Shown here piece after piece: positions 37,943 to 49,300 of a stretch of DNA of 64,000 nucleotides. Source of the DNA: Psammoneis japonica (lineage: Eukaryota); NCBI GenBank assembly GCA_008632985.1, contig QPGO01000098.1:62001-126000 (forward strand), read 5' to 3'. A program made the translations under genes and the position numbers. The notes below the pieces were generated by a model. That model saw nothing but the letters and a program-made list of their open reading frames with translations, ran no database searches and was not told the DNA's origin. Within the stretch, counting starts at the first letter, position 1, and every line of letters starts with the position of its first letter.

Positions 37943-38980
37943 ATGGCACCGGTGAACAGCACCCATTCCAAGACAGCAACATCTTGGCGGGAATGCATTT
38001 CATCCCTTCAAGCGGCAATGTCACCAACGCCAGTGCCAGATGCCACTGTGGATGCCAGTGCTCCACCCATTGCTGATGCTCCATTGGTTGGCACCTCCAT
38101 CATGGCAGCAGTCCGTGAAAGCATCCGTCCATCCAATGCCACTGATCATCCGGCTGATGCCCCTGCCATTGCCTCTCCCCTGCTGCCACCCACGTTACCC
38201 ACCATTGCTGCTCCGCCTGCTGGCATGTCGGTGCCCTCTTCCCTGCCTTGTTTGCCTCCACCTCTGGACCACAACTGGCCGCATTCACCTCCGGTGCCAC
38301 CTGCGGACCTCAACCCGCAATTTCAAATGCAGTTGTTGGCCTCTGTGGCACTGAATGAGGAGTGTGGTGAATCTCTGGCCAAGGCTAAAGCTGCCATTGC
38401 ATCACTCCACCAGGAGCTTGATTCCCTCCGGTCTGTGGTTGAACAGACTCGCACTGATGTGGCCAATGTTGCTGCTGTGCGAGCAATGAACACCTTCCGA
38501 ATGTCAATTGAGACTCAACTGCAAGCCACCAAAGAAGAGGCTGTTGCTTCAGCAGGCGATGCCACTGACGCTGCAGTGGCGGCTCGTGATGACCAATTTG
38601 TGCAACAGCCAGACAAGCACCTCGCCCCCCATGGTCCAATTTGCCTCAGCTTTGGCAGTCTTGCTGACCAACAGGTTGTGCTGCTGGCCTCCAATTTTGA
38701 AGTTGTTGGGCTGGAAGCATCAGATGAGAAGCACATGTCTTGTCCAGAGGATGTCTCAAGGCAAGTGAGAAAGCAAGCAATGGGCAGCTCTGATGGCAAC
38801 AAGTCTCCAAATGGCGGCAATGTTGATGAAGAGGTGGACTCCAATCCAGCCTGCACTTGTGCTGGTGGCTTTTTGGATGGCAGTGTGGGTGTCCATTGGG
38901 GATGTGGGGTGCAGATTCTTTTGTCACAAGAGAGTTGCCTTTTGACAATCCATGTGCAGATGAACAAGCACCCAATGTGA
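37943..38980 (+). pseudogene. Pro-rich and coiled-coil relic ORF, possibly from a retroelement gag/ORF1
   Basis: Protein-like helical stretch (LAKAKAAIASLHQELDSLRSVVEQ) within decayed DNA; no diagnostic motif. Confidence 0.3.
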
Positions 38981-41973
38981 CCTCATCTGAAAAGCACTTT
39001 TTGCTTTGATGCTGACATGCAGCAAATGTGTTTCATGAGATTGAACTGAATGATCAAGTGAGGCTCCCAGGCTGTGTTGTCTCTGTCATCCAGAAATGAT
39101 TCCCAGAACCATGTGGCATCTGCAAAGGACACAAACATGTGTGCATCCAGCAGTGGGCACAAAACAAGCAAGCTTTTCAACTGCTTGATTGCTTGACATT
39201 CCAGTTGACAGAGAGTGCATTGTCTTCTGTCCAACCATCACTTTGCCCTTCTTCCTTGGTTGCATCACTTGGGCATGTTTTTGCATGATGGTTCTGGGCA
39301 TTTTGGCTTGGGCAGCATCTGGCAGTGCACAGGCGCACAAAAAACCAACATTTCCCATCAACTGTCCAACTGCCAAACACTCCAACTGTGTTGCCTCACA
39401 TTTAAAATGTTTTCTGCTGCATTGGTTGCAAGGTCTCTTTGGTGCATCCCAGTGTTTCCCATTTGTTCTGCAGTCATCATCAAGCAACACTTTGTTTGGT
39501 TTGTGTCTCTTTGGATCCTGTGGGTGTCCTTTGAGGAGTTGCACAAGTTGCACCAGCTCTCTTCTTTGACACTCTCTAGAACTCAGTTTTGTTGACTTAG
39601 ACCCCACAGCCTTTTTGTCCTTCTTTCCAAACATTGTTTTCTGATGGGCCTTTTGAACCATCAAGTCACTGCATTGGAAACTGTGTGGGCCAGTGTCATG
39701 CAGAGTCCTGCCTGGGGCCAGAGCTCATCTGCAGGTTATTTGTCATCTGCAGTGTGAAAGAAGAGCAGCTTTTTGGTGCTTGCAAACCTGGTCAGTGCTC
39801 CTCAATCACAGTGCTTGTGATTGCTGTCCAATCTGTCAGTTTGATGGCCTTCAGGAGAGCCACCCAGCTGTCTGTGGCAAGATTTCTGTGCATCAATGTG
39901 CTCTGTCTGTGTTTGCTGGACAACCTTGCACAACCTCAGCAACTGTGCTGCCAACTGGTTCTTGGCAATGCACAACTTCTTGCAACCATTCTCTGCAGAT
40001 CCATGAACTGCCTCTTGCCACCAATCCCCATCTGCAGTGTGGCAGGCCCCCCAAATGTGCAGAACAAATTACAAACAATGTGCTCCACTGCTTGCAGGCA
40101 GCTGTGGTTGGTCACACACTGATTGTGACCTCAGCACAAATGCAACTCAATGACAAGGCACCAGTGAAAAATCTCAAGAACCCCCCTTCATTGAAGGCAT
40201 GCACATTCCAAGTTCCCAATGGGGTGAGTGTCTCAAAAGAAGGCATCAGAGCTCTCATGGCCTTTGTCATTCCCAACAAAGTGCAATGAACCACAGGCTC
40301 CCATGTTTCTGGAATCAACCAGTGGTGCTTGTGATGTGTGGGCTCTTGTGAGTTTTCTTGCCAGGGCAGCAATGTGCACAATGAAGATGACTGACTTGGC
40401 TGCAGCCACGCACTTTGCATCATTGTGCAAGTGTGCCTGAACCAAGCCTGTCCAAGCAGCAAAGCAGCAGAGGAGCACAGCAACACTTTTCAATGCACTG
40501 ATGCTGCAAACACCAGCTGTCATTCTGGCACCACAATGAACCTGATGCAGACTCCTCCAAATTTCCTCAAGCTGCTTGTGGGCAGCTCATGTGCTGGTTT
40601 TGCCAGCCAAAGCTTTCATGATGACACTGCTCAATTGTGCCATTTCCAAAGACAACAGGTGAGCTGTGACAGCTGAGGTTGCACAACAAAGATTGAGCCA
40701 TGCCTCTGCTGGGTTGTTCCTTGGTGCTTGCTTCAAGCAAGACAAAGTGCCCACCACAGGCTCACAAGCAAACCTCATGTCTGTGTGTCACTCATGTTTT
40801 GTCCACTTGAAAAAATGCCTCCCAACACAAAATTTTCCTTGTCATTCAATCCAAGCAGACTCTGCGCATCTTCGTTTGGAAGATGAGACAGTCCTGCAAC
40901 TCCATTGCTTGCTTCCCACCAGCCTTGTGCAAATCCCAGATTGCTGTGTTTTAGCTGATTGCAAGTTCAGCGCAGTGCAACATCCACCCACTCCATGCCA
41001 ATGCAAACAGTGCTGGGTGGTGGCAAGCAAAACATGTCCTCCTGAAGACACTTGACAAAGGCATCATGGCACAACAAGAGAACCACAAGAGATCAAGTGG
41101 GTCATTGTGGGCATCACAGGCCCAACCAAGGATGTCTGGGAAATGATGTTGGGTGCTTGCATTTTGTCACACAGTCTTTGCTGAATCATGTCCATGGAAC
41201 TCAATGCTGCCATCCGACCATTGCACGAATCTCAACTGTCTGCAACTCGTGAAAACCTGAGACAGTTGACAAAACATGAGGTCGAGCCAAACCGGGTGGT
41301 GTGCGTTGGGACGAGCCACCACTTCTGCCAGGTGCCATGTGCAATTTCGATTGTGGTTTTCTGCCAAACGCTCCTTCTCGACCAACGCAGAAGAAAGGAA
41401 AATTGACGACAAGAATGAACAAGCCACGAGCTTGGAAAGGACAGGAGCATCTGTTGACCAACTTGTGGGACTCGATCTTTTTCTTTTTGGTGTTTGGATG
41501 CAAAAAATGCTGGAAAATTTTGGAAATCCATCAGAGTTCTCATTGGAGTTCGCTCCTGTAACTGACGTGCAAATCCCACGTAGCTGTGCCGGCGCGAGCA
41601 ATTTCATTCGTTGCTTTTTCATGTTCTTCGTGCAAAATGCACGTGCTTTGATCGTTTTTTGTTGACACACACAGAAAACGATCGAAAAAAGGCACAAGAA
41701 CGAAAATGGGAAAGCATCTTTTGTTGCGCATTGCTGTTTTTGACTTGTTGTTCCTGCCGCCAATGAGTGAGACACAACACGATGCCTTGATGAGAGAGAG
41801 GGGCTTTGATGCGTTGCTGACAGTCCCTTTCTGACGTGCCTGTCAACTGATGACCGATTGCTGAATTGAATTGGGAATGCTGAAATGTGCAATTCTTCAA
41901 TCTGAAACCATTTGCTTCCTTCCCTCGTCATCTTCTACGTGGCACTGCAGTCGCAAGTTCTACAAAAGCACGC

Positions 41974-42976
41974 AATGGCAACCTTTTCAGAGAGGCCAAG
42001 CGCCGTCATGGGCCCGGACGGGCACGACGTTTGCATGCGTCGCTCGGTTCAGATGGCAGTGCTGTACGAAGCCAAGCACTGCTTGGCTGATTGTCTTCCT
42101 GGGTTGAGGATCTTTCAACGCAAGATTGCTCTCTACGACATGGCCAACTGCTTGGTTCAGGGTCTTCCCCTGTCGGATCAGACCAAGGAGGAAGTCATGT
42201 GGTGCACCGCACGAGTCGGGAGGCTCTCAACTCAGACACAGTGTGGAAGCGTGTGAAGCTCATTTCTCGTGAGCTCGAGAAGCTTGTGCTCAAGATCAAG
42301 CCCTTTCTGGAGGGTCGTTCTTTTGATGATGCCTGTGAGGAGTTCATTCAGAGTCAGTTTGTGAGTCAGTTTGTGAGTTTTCAATGAATGGGATTGCAGC
42401 TGAGTCATTCAAGTTTCTGGGATCTAAGTTGTTGTGACGTTTTGTGTCATCCTCAGGAACTCGTGTCGGGAACCAAGGGCAAGAATCATCCCCGTCATTG
42501 GAACACAGCCACAACAATGTGTTCATGACATGTGCGTGCACTGTCGTGGCGAGGATTTGGATCCCTCTCTTCCCGCTCCCAAGCCTCCCAAACAAGTCAT
42601 TGTCCCAAGTGAATGCCCTCAAAAGGGCAAGGACTGTACATTCTTGGTGGCAAACCAGGGAGGTACGACAATGACATCGGCAGCAGCTGCAGCGGCTGCT
42701 CCCAGGGCGGATCCCGACATTGACGAAGCCGAGTTGGAGGACATTGTCAATCCTCCCGCAGTGACCGAGAGTGCCGCCAACGAAGAGCGCCGTCGGCTTT
42801 TGAAGGAGGTGCGGGAGCACTTGGATCTTTTGAAAGAATTCGAAGGGGTGATTTCGGCGGATGAACTCAAAAAGCGAAAGAGGGATCTCTTTCAGGCGCT
42901 TCCGTCGGCTCCTCCGCCGGTGACGCCAAAGAAAAAGGCGCGCACCACTGAACCCGAAGGTGCCGTGGGAGTTTAG
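41974..42976 (+). pseudogene. Degenerate gene of unknown function (possibly a transposon accessory protein) with a probable intron at 42361-42456
   Basis: Protein-like fragments in shifting frames ending ERRRLLKEVREHLDLLKEFEGVIS...PKKKAR; GTGAGT...CTAAG...CAG intron signals. Confidence 0.45.
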
Positions 42977-43136
42977 AAAGTGGTGGAATGGGGGTGTGTC
43001 ATTTGGCAATTTTGGCAGTGGAGTGCTTCTAATTGACAACGACAGGACTTGTGACAATTGAAATCTCTCGAAATGTTGCAACAGGGAAAAAGATGCCGAG
43101 ACCACTGTTGCAGCTCTGTCGTTCAGGCAGCGAGAC

Positions 43137-43466
43137 AGAATTTTGAATTTTCATGGATGGAATGAAGAAGAATCATCGTCGGAGCGGGTGGATCGACAAT
43201 GATGACATGACATTGTGAAGCACGCATTGCTGCGGTAGCCCCAAAAGCAACACCGCCTGAAGTTGGCGGAAATCGGTTCGCGAGGTTTGAGGTCGTCAAA
43301 ACTAGAATTTTGAATTTTTGTGGATGGAATGAAGAAGAATCATCATCGGAGTGGGCGGATCGACAATGATGATGTGACATTATGAAGCATCGCTGCGGTG
43401 GCCCCAAAAGCAACACCGCCCAAAGTTGGCGGAAATCGGTTCGCGAGGTTTGAGGTCATCAAAACT
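43137..43466 (+). repeat. Tandem duplication, two units of about 165 bp
   Basis: 43137-43303 and 43304-43466 both run agaattttgaatttt...gaggtc(g/a)tcaaaact. Confidence 0.93.
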
Positions 43467-45552
43467 GGACTGATGAGGTTGCAGCGGCGAGGATGATTTC
43501 ATGACCAAAGTAGATAAAGACGGCTCACAACATCTGCATCATCGGATCAGTTGTTGTTGTCTGTTGTTGTCGCAACTCACTGCTGCCATGGGCTGCTGGA
43601 ACTTTACGTTTTGGGACAACGACGAGTGTGCCGAGTTTCTTCTGGTGCTCTTTCAGCACCTTGGCCTGTCGACCATCCTACGCAAGGAAGATGTCGGCAA
43701 GGGTCCTCGCCACCACACAGTGGCAATGGTCATTCCTCCCAATCAATTGGGTGAACCTTTGATTGTCTGTCACGACGGTGAGGAGTTGGAAGAGATGCGC
43801 CGTCTGCACCACTCTGTCATGGCTGGTGACCTTGAACGTGCCAAGGTAAGATCCTCTCTTTGAGGAACACCTTCTTGCCAACTTGGCCAGTGACGAGGCG
43901 CATCTTGATCTCAAGAAGCTCGGGCTCAAGGCTGAGCATCTCTTGACTCTCATCCACATGCACGTTGGATTGCCTGTGGATGCAGTCAAGCTCGACGAGT
44001 TGGCTCAAGTCTTTGACACCGTGACAATGAGGGAACACATTCGATTGATGAGCACCTGAAGAACCACACGGGGGCGACGGATGCGGAGCTTGAACAGCTT
44101 TGCAACGAGCAGGCTCCCGCGATTTGTGCCGGCATTCTAGCGTGCAAGAGCATGATCTTGTCCAACGACATGCTCGATTCCATGTCCTTGGCACACATTG
44201 GTCCTCGGCAGTCCATGATGATGTGGATGAATGGCCTGCTCCCCAATGCATTGAAGCCTGAACATGTCTGGCGCGGACTCTGCAGCTGGCTGTTTTCAAG
44301 GTTGATGGCAAGTCAAACATGACACACAATGCAACATCATGACGCTTGTCGGTGTTTGGTGCACATGCTGACAATGAAGCTTTTGTTTCAGGAACCGGTG
44401 ACGACTCTGATGATTCGGCGTCTGAATCGTCCAACTGAGGGCGTGCGACAGCCTGCCAAGTCTGGTCTTGTGAATGAAGTGTGACGGGTGTGGAGGTGTT
44501 TCTCACCTTGCTCTTTGCAGCTGGTGCCGCTGCTGCCACTCATTTTGAGCATGCATGATGCGAATTGAGTTTCAATCGCTGTCGTTTGTTTCTAGCTGTG
44601 ATGGCAAAGCCTGCCTGAACATGATAGAAATCGTGTCTCATTCAACCTGCGCATGCATTTTTTTCTCTCTTGGCATCAATCGTTGCACTCTCTTTGCTTC
44701 TTTCCTCTTTTTTGCCCCATTTTGTGGTCCTTTCATCATTTCGTTCCTTTCGGACTTTTGAGTTTGAGTCGTCATCTGCGCTTGCCAAATCCTTGTCAGC
44801 GCCACGTCCTCGACTGATTCCATGATTTTGCCCATGTTCATGGATGAAAATTGGAAAGGAGGGGGGCAAGCAGTGAAGTGCATTTGGTTGACGAGATGAC
44901 AGAGAACTTCCAAAAACGCGTCCACAGGTGACAAGACAACAAGTGAAGGTCGCCAATTCAACACGATCGAAGAGAGAACGATGCCTCAGCTGCTCTCTAG
45001 CTAGAAAGAGTTGAGCCACTCTAGAGTGACCACTGCTCTCTGGCAGCTGCCACTCTGCTCTCCACAGAGCAATTGACAGCATCCCATCTGCTGGGGATGC
45101 GCCGCTGACGCAGTGGCAAAGCGATGGAAGAAGGACCAAAAAGTCAAGAACAATGCAACAACTGAAACCAAGTGCAGCTCGTTGAATTCAGCACCACAGT
45201 TGGGGACATGCCATTGAAAGCGTGGACAGCCATGGAATGGCCAAATTGTTTTGCTCCAGCAAGAATGAAACCTGCGACGTGTTTCCCCCAGACTCTGCTG
45301 ATGCAGTGACCTTCTGCCTTGTCCATTCGGTGCATTTTGCCAACAGAGAGAGGCGTTTTGCTCAACCTTGCCAACCTTGCCAGGGGTTCCAATGATCCCT
45401 CAAGGCTTTGTGCTCTCGGACGTTTTGGCAGAATGGGGAAGGCAGCGCTTTGCCAGTCTGTAAGGTGCAAAGATGCATTTTCTACTGACACACCATCAAG
45501 TGACAATGGACACACAACATTGGTTTGGGTTAGCCCCACTCGGGCAAAAAAT

Positions 45553-46191
45553 CGAACCACGCAGTGGTTCGCAACTTGCGCAGCGTAAAACTCGCAACAG
45601 ACACAATGAAGTGGTGCCCACACAGACACAACCTTTTAAACAGAGGCAAAAAGCCATTGTCATCAATGCATTGTGTTGTCAGCCACCACTCGTGTGTGGA
45701 GCTCGATCGCCGTCAAATCACCGTCATGGTCGTTGGCGGTGATTTTCTCACCTGCAGAAACAACCGCAGGGCAGTGCCAGAAAAAAATGTCAAACCATTG
45801 AGCGGTTCGCTGCGCAGACAAGCACCGGGAGCCCCGCAGAATTGGCGAACCATGAGGTGGTTCGGGAGGACGAGCGTAGAAATGTACGTGGTAATTTGCA
45901 CCAGAGAGTCGAGTGCAAAATCGAACCAGAAAAATGAGGCTCAGGATGAACAAGACGGCAGCAGTGCGGAGAAGTTTAAGAACATGGTAAACCACTGCAA
46001 TGGAGCACACATGTTGTCAAACAGACGTTGCTGTGTCAACTGATGCAATGTTGTTGTAGATGTCTCATCATCTTTTACACTTTTGCCCATCGTCTGTCAG
46101 TTCGTTTTTGGCTTGCCACGAACCACGTGATGGTTCGGGGCAGGAATCGTGCGCATTCATGATTTTGCGTGGTGAACCACTGCATGGTTCG
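45553..46191. promoter_or_regulatory. Four copies of palindrome (C)GAACCA-N5-TGGTTCG
   Basis: At 45553-45571, 45846-45864, 46119-46137 and 46173-46191; function unknown. Confidence 0.5.
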
Positions 46192-46399
46192 CGCTGGGAG
46201 TGGGGTCAGTTCCACATGTGGAACAACTGACACAAGTGCCGTCAAACGAAGTGACAGATGCCGACACTCATGTCCACCAACACCACTTGTGACGTGCTGA
46301 GACTCCAAGGCTCTACAATGCAAACAAGTGCATTCTCAAAGATGATTCTCAAGAACAAAGATGCTTCAACAAATCACACGCCGTTGAATGGATGTCTTC

Positions 46400-49300
46400 A
46401 TTTTTCCCTTTGCATTTACACTCGGCTGCAATGGCTGCGATGCCTCCGCCCTTTTTCGTGATTTCTGACTTTGCTTGTTCACTCTTTTCTGCATTTGTCG
46501 CATTGAATTTACCTGCGTGTTTTCAATGCCAGGCTCACCGTAGAAAAACCGACCACCATGGCGTCGTCTTCCCTGCTGCCAGCAGCAATGCCGCTGATGC
46601 AAACAAAGATGCCACCACCGCTGACGACATTGCTGTCGACCTGACATCCCTCAAACCTTCATCCAAACCGAAACAACGACAGTTTGAAGAGATCACTGTT
46701 CGTTTTGACATTCGTGGTCCAGAAGCGACTTGCAAGCCAATGGCCCTCATCACTTCCCATCTTCAAATTCTCAGTCAGATCCTTTTTCTTTTCACAACGA
46801 AGTTCAGATTTTGGACAACTGCAACACCAGAATTGCAAATGTGAATGTTGCCGAATGGGTGTCGACTCTCCAGCACGAACGTCATTTTCAGATTTCTGCG
46901 ACTCGGAGCGGTGAGAATCGTCCGGTCACTCACCGTTCATGTCATCGCATCCTTGCGAAAGTTCCCCTTTGCGACATTCGTTCTCATCCCAACATTCAAA
47001 GCATTTTGGAGGCAAACAATGCCGGTTTGAAACGTCCTGTTAGAATGAGTCCGTCATCGACACGGCCAGTCCAGCACATTTTATTGCTGCCACTTCAAAG
47101 CATGCTCCCATTGACGCCGCAACTAAGTTGTTTCTCAAAGACCTTGGGGATTTAAAAACCAAGATGCCAAAGTTCCAACTAGCCCCCACTTCCGTCCAAG
47201 CAGATGACAACAAAACATCAGTCCCCATCCGCACCGTGACCTTTTCTGTCGAGGTCCAACAAGATGATTGCCGAACTGCGGCAAAAACCTTGTTGTGTGC
47301 TTCGAGAAACTTCCGACCCATGTCCTTGTGGCAAAAACTCGACACTTGTCTCCACTCGCCTTCCACAATGCGGTTAAAACGCAAGCTCAACGAAACAACA
47401 ATGCCTTCATCGCACCGTTTTGCCTGCTTCCGTGGACATGATGTTCTTTTTGGAAAACCACGTCAAAGCAATTGAAGGTGTGACAGATGTTTTTCCTTCC
47501 CCCAACATGTCATCTGCCAGGAGACACAATGTTCTGGTCAAACGAAATCATTTCAAAAAGGCTCGAGCGGAGATTTCTGCATGCATTTTGAATGAAATCC
47601 CAAATGTTCCGAAAGAGTCCTGTCTGTCTCCTCCATTTGACGATCTTCCTCAAGTGCCTGGTGTTTTTGACGAAGCTTCTGATGCAGCAAATCCATCATG
47701 TCGGCTGGTGTTCGCAGCTTGGAGTCCTTGACTTTCTCTGACGTGTCTCCTTGACCAACCAAGATGCTCCTTGCCCCAACCGCCTTCCCACTCCTTCGTC
47801 TGGCAGAGGTCATGGTCGGACTGCGCTTCCTGGTCACGGTGACTTGGCAGCGCGCCCCATTCCTCCTCAGATGTTTACAAACCCGCCATCATTTCAATCT
47901 CCCAACTTTGGTTTCACTGGACATCCTGGCATCACGTCTCCGCAAGCGTCTTATGCTCAAATCACTCAATCCTTGTCGAGCTCTTCGATTGCTTCCGTTC
48001 AGTTTGCCGAGGTCCAGCGCACCATGACCCAAATGCAAACCCGCCATGAAAAGGCCCTTCGTGATCTACATGAGGAGCACACACACGAACTGCACAACAT
48101 GCAATCGCAATGTTCGGAGAAACTGTCAGGCATGCAAGACCAGATGAACGAGATCATTCAGTTGCTCCAAGCGTCTCAATCTGCTTCTTCAGCCAGTCCT
48201 GCGAGGAAGCAACAAAACCAAAATCAGACTCCCGACCGCAGCAACGATGGAAAAGACTCGGATTTTTAGCACGGAGATGGATCTCGCCGCCCCCATCTCC
48301 ACAAACCATCAGGCGCCCTCCCGACATTCATCAGCACACGTCTCCCCCGTCTCTCGCTTGAGTGTTCCGATGCACTGGCAAGTGTCGGCCTTTCTTTCTC
48401 CAACATGACTCCACTCTGCTTCCTTGCTTTAAGCCCCAGTCTTCTCTTTGGAGGAGCATGGCCCAATCATGAGCAGCAACCCTTCTGCCGCAACCATTTC
48501 TGCGTGGCAATCTCTTTTAGACAGACGAAGTTGCCATCCGCCGGTTGATTGACGCATTGATTTCTTGCGCTTAAAAACCAACGAACCCACAGGTGACAGC
48601 CTCAGTCCCAAGCTGCCACACCACACACGATCATGTGCCTTCAACACCAATGGATGTGAGTTTGACAAGCGAGGTGGCGACATCAACGAATGCTGCCAGG
48701 TGGCCAACGAAATCCAAGCCGACATTGTTGGTGTGTCCGAAGCATGTTTGGATGCGACACAATGCAACATTCTGTCAGCATGCAGGTCTGCAGTTTCCAA
48801 TTCCCTGTTGCACGGCAGAGGCACATTCTCCACCAGCTCCACACCCTTCTCTGCGCAGCACAAACCAGGCAGAACCGCTCCATTTTCTTGCAATTCCGCA
48901 TCTGCGCGGTGTCGATCCCAACATTCTGATCCTCTCGGGCGATGGTCCATTCAAGCATTTGACGGTCGCAATGGAAGGCAGGTCATGTTTGTTTCATGCT
49001 GCAGAGTGTGCGCCAAGAATCAACAACAACCAGGAAAAACCACCGGTTTGCTCAACAACAATGCCTCCTTCGACAGAACGGCAATGCAGTTGCAGACCCA
49101 CGGAAAGCCTTTTGTGCGCATTTGTCCCGTGTTCTTCAAGACTTTGTGACTGACTCCAACAGAGAAGTTATTTTGTTTGGTGATTTCAATGTGGATTTCG
49201 AATTTGACACTGATTCTCTGGCAAGCCTGGCGCAACGATTCAATTTGTCTGACGTGTTCTTCAATCTCATTGGCAGTGCCAATTTTTCCACTTACACCCG

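Larger units (their letters stand above)
23100..41100. other. Heavily decayed block depleted of both TpA and CpG; original content mostly unrecognisable
   Basis: Dominated by TG/CA; ORFs in all frames rich in C, H, Q and W and almost devoid of Y. Confidence 0.85.

Noticed and set aside
23100..41100. Hundreds of short ORFs as real Cys-rich proteins
   Set aside because: They overlap in all frames, have no recognisable domains, and are explained by loss of TAA/TAG
43040..43120. Possible Harbinger transposase C-terminal remnant on the minus strand
   Set aside because: Too short and frameshifted to support
45553..46191. CRISPR array
   Set aside because: Irregular spacing, short palindromes with variable centres, no cas genes, eukaryotic context
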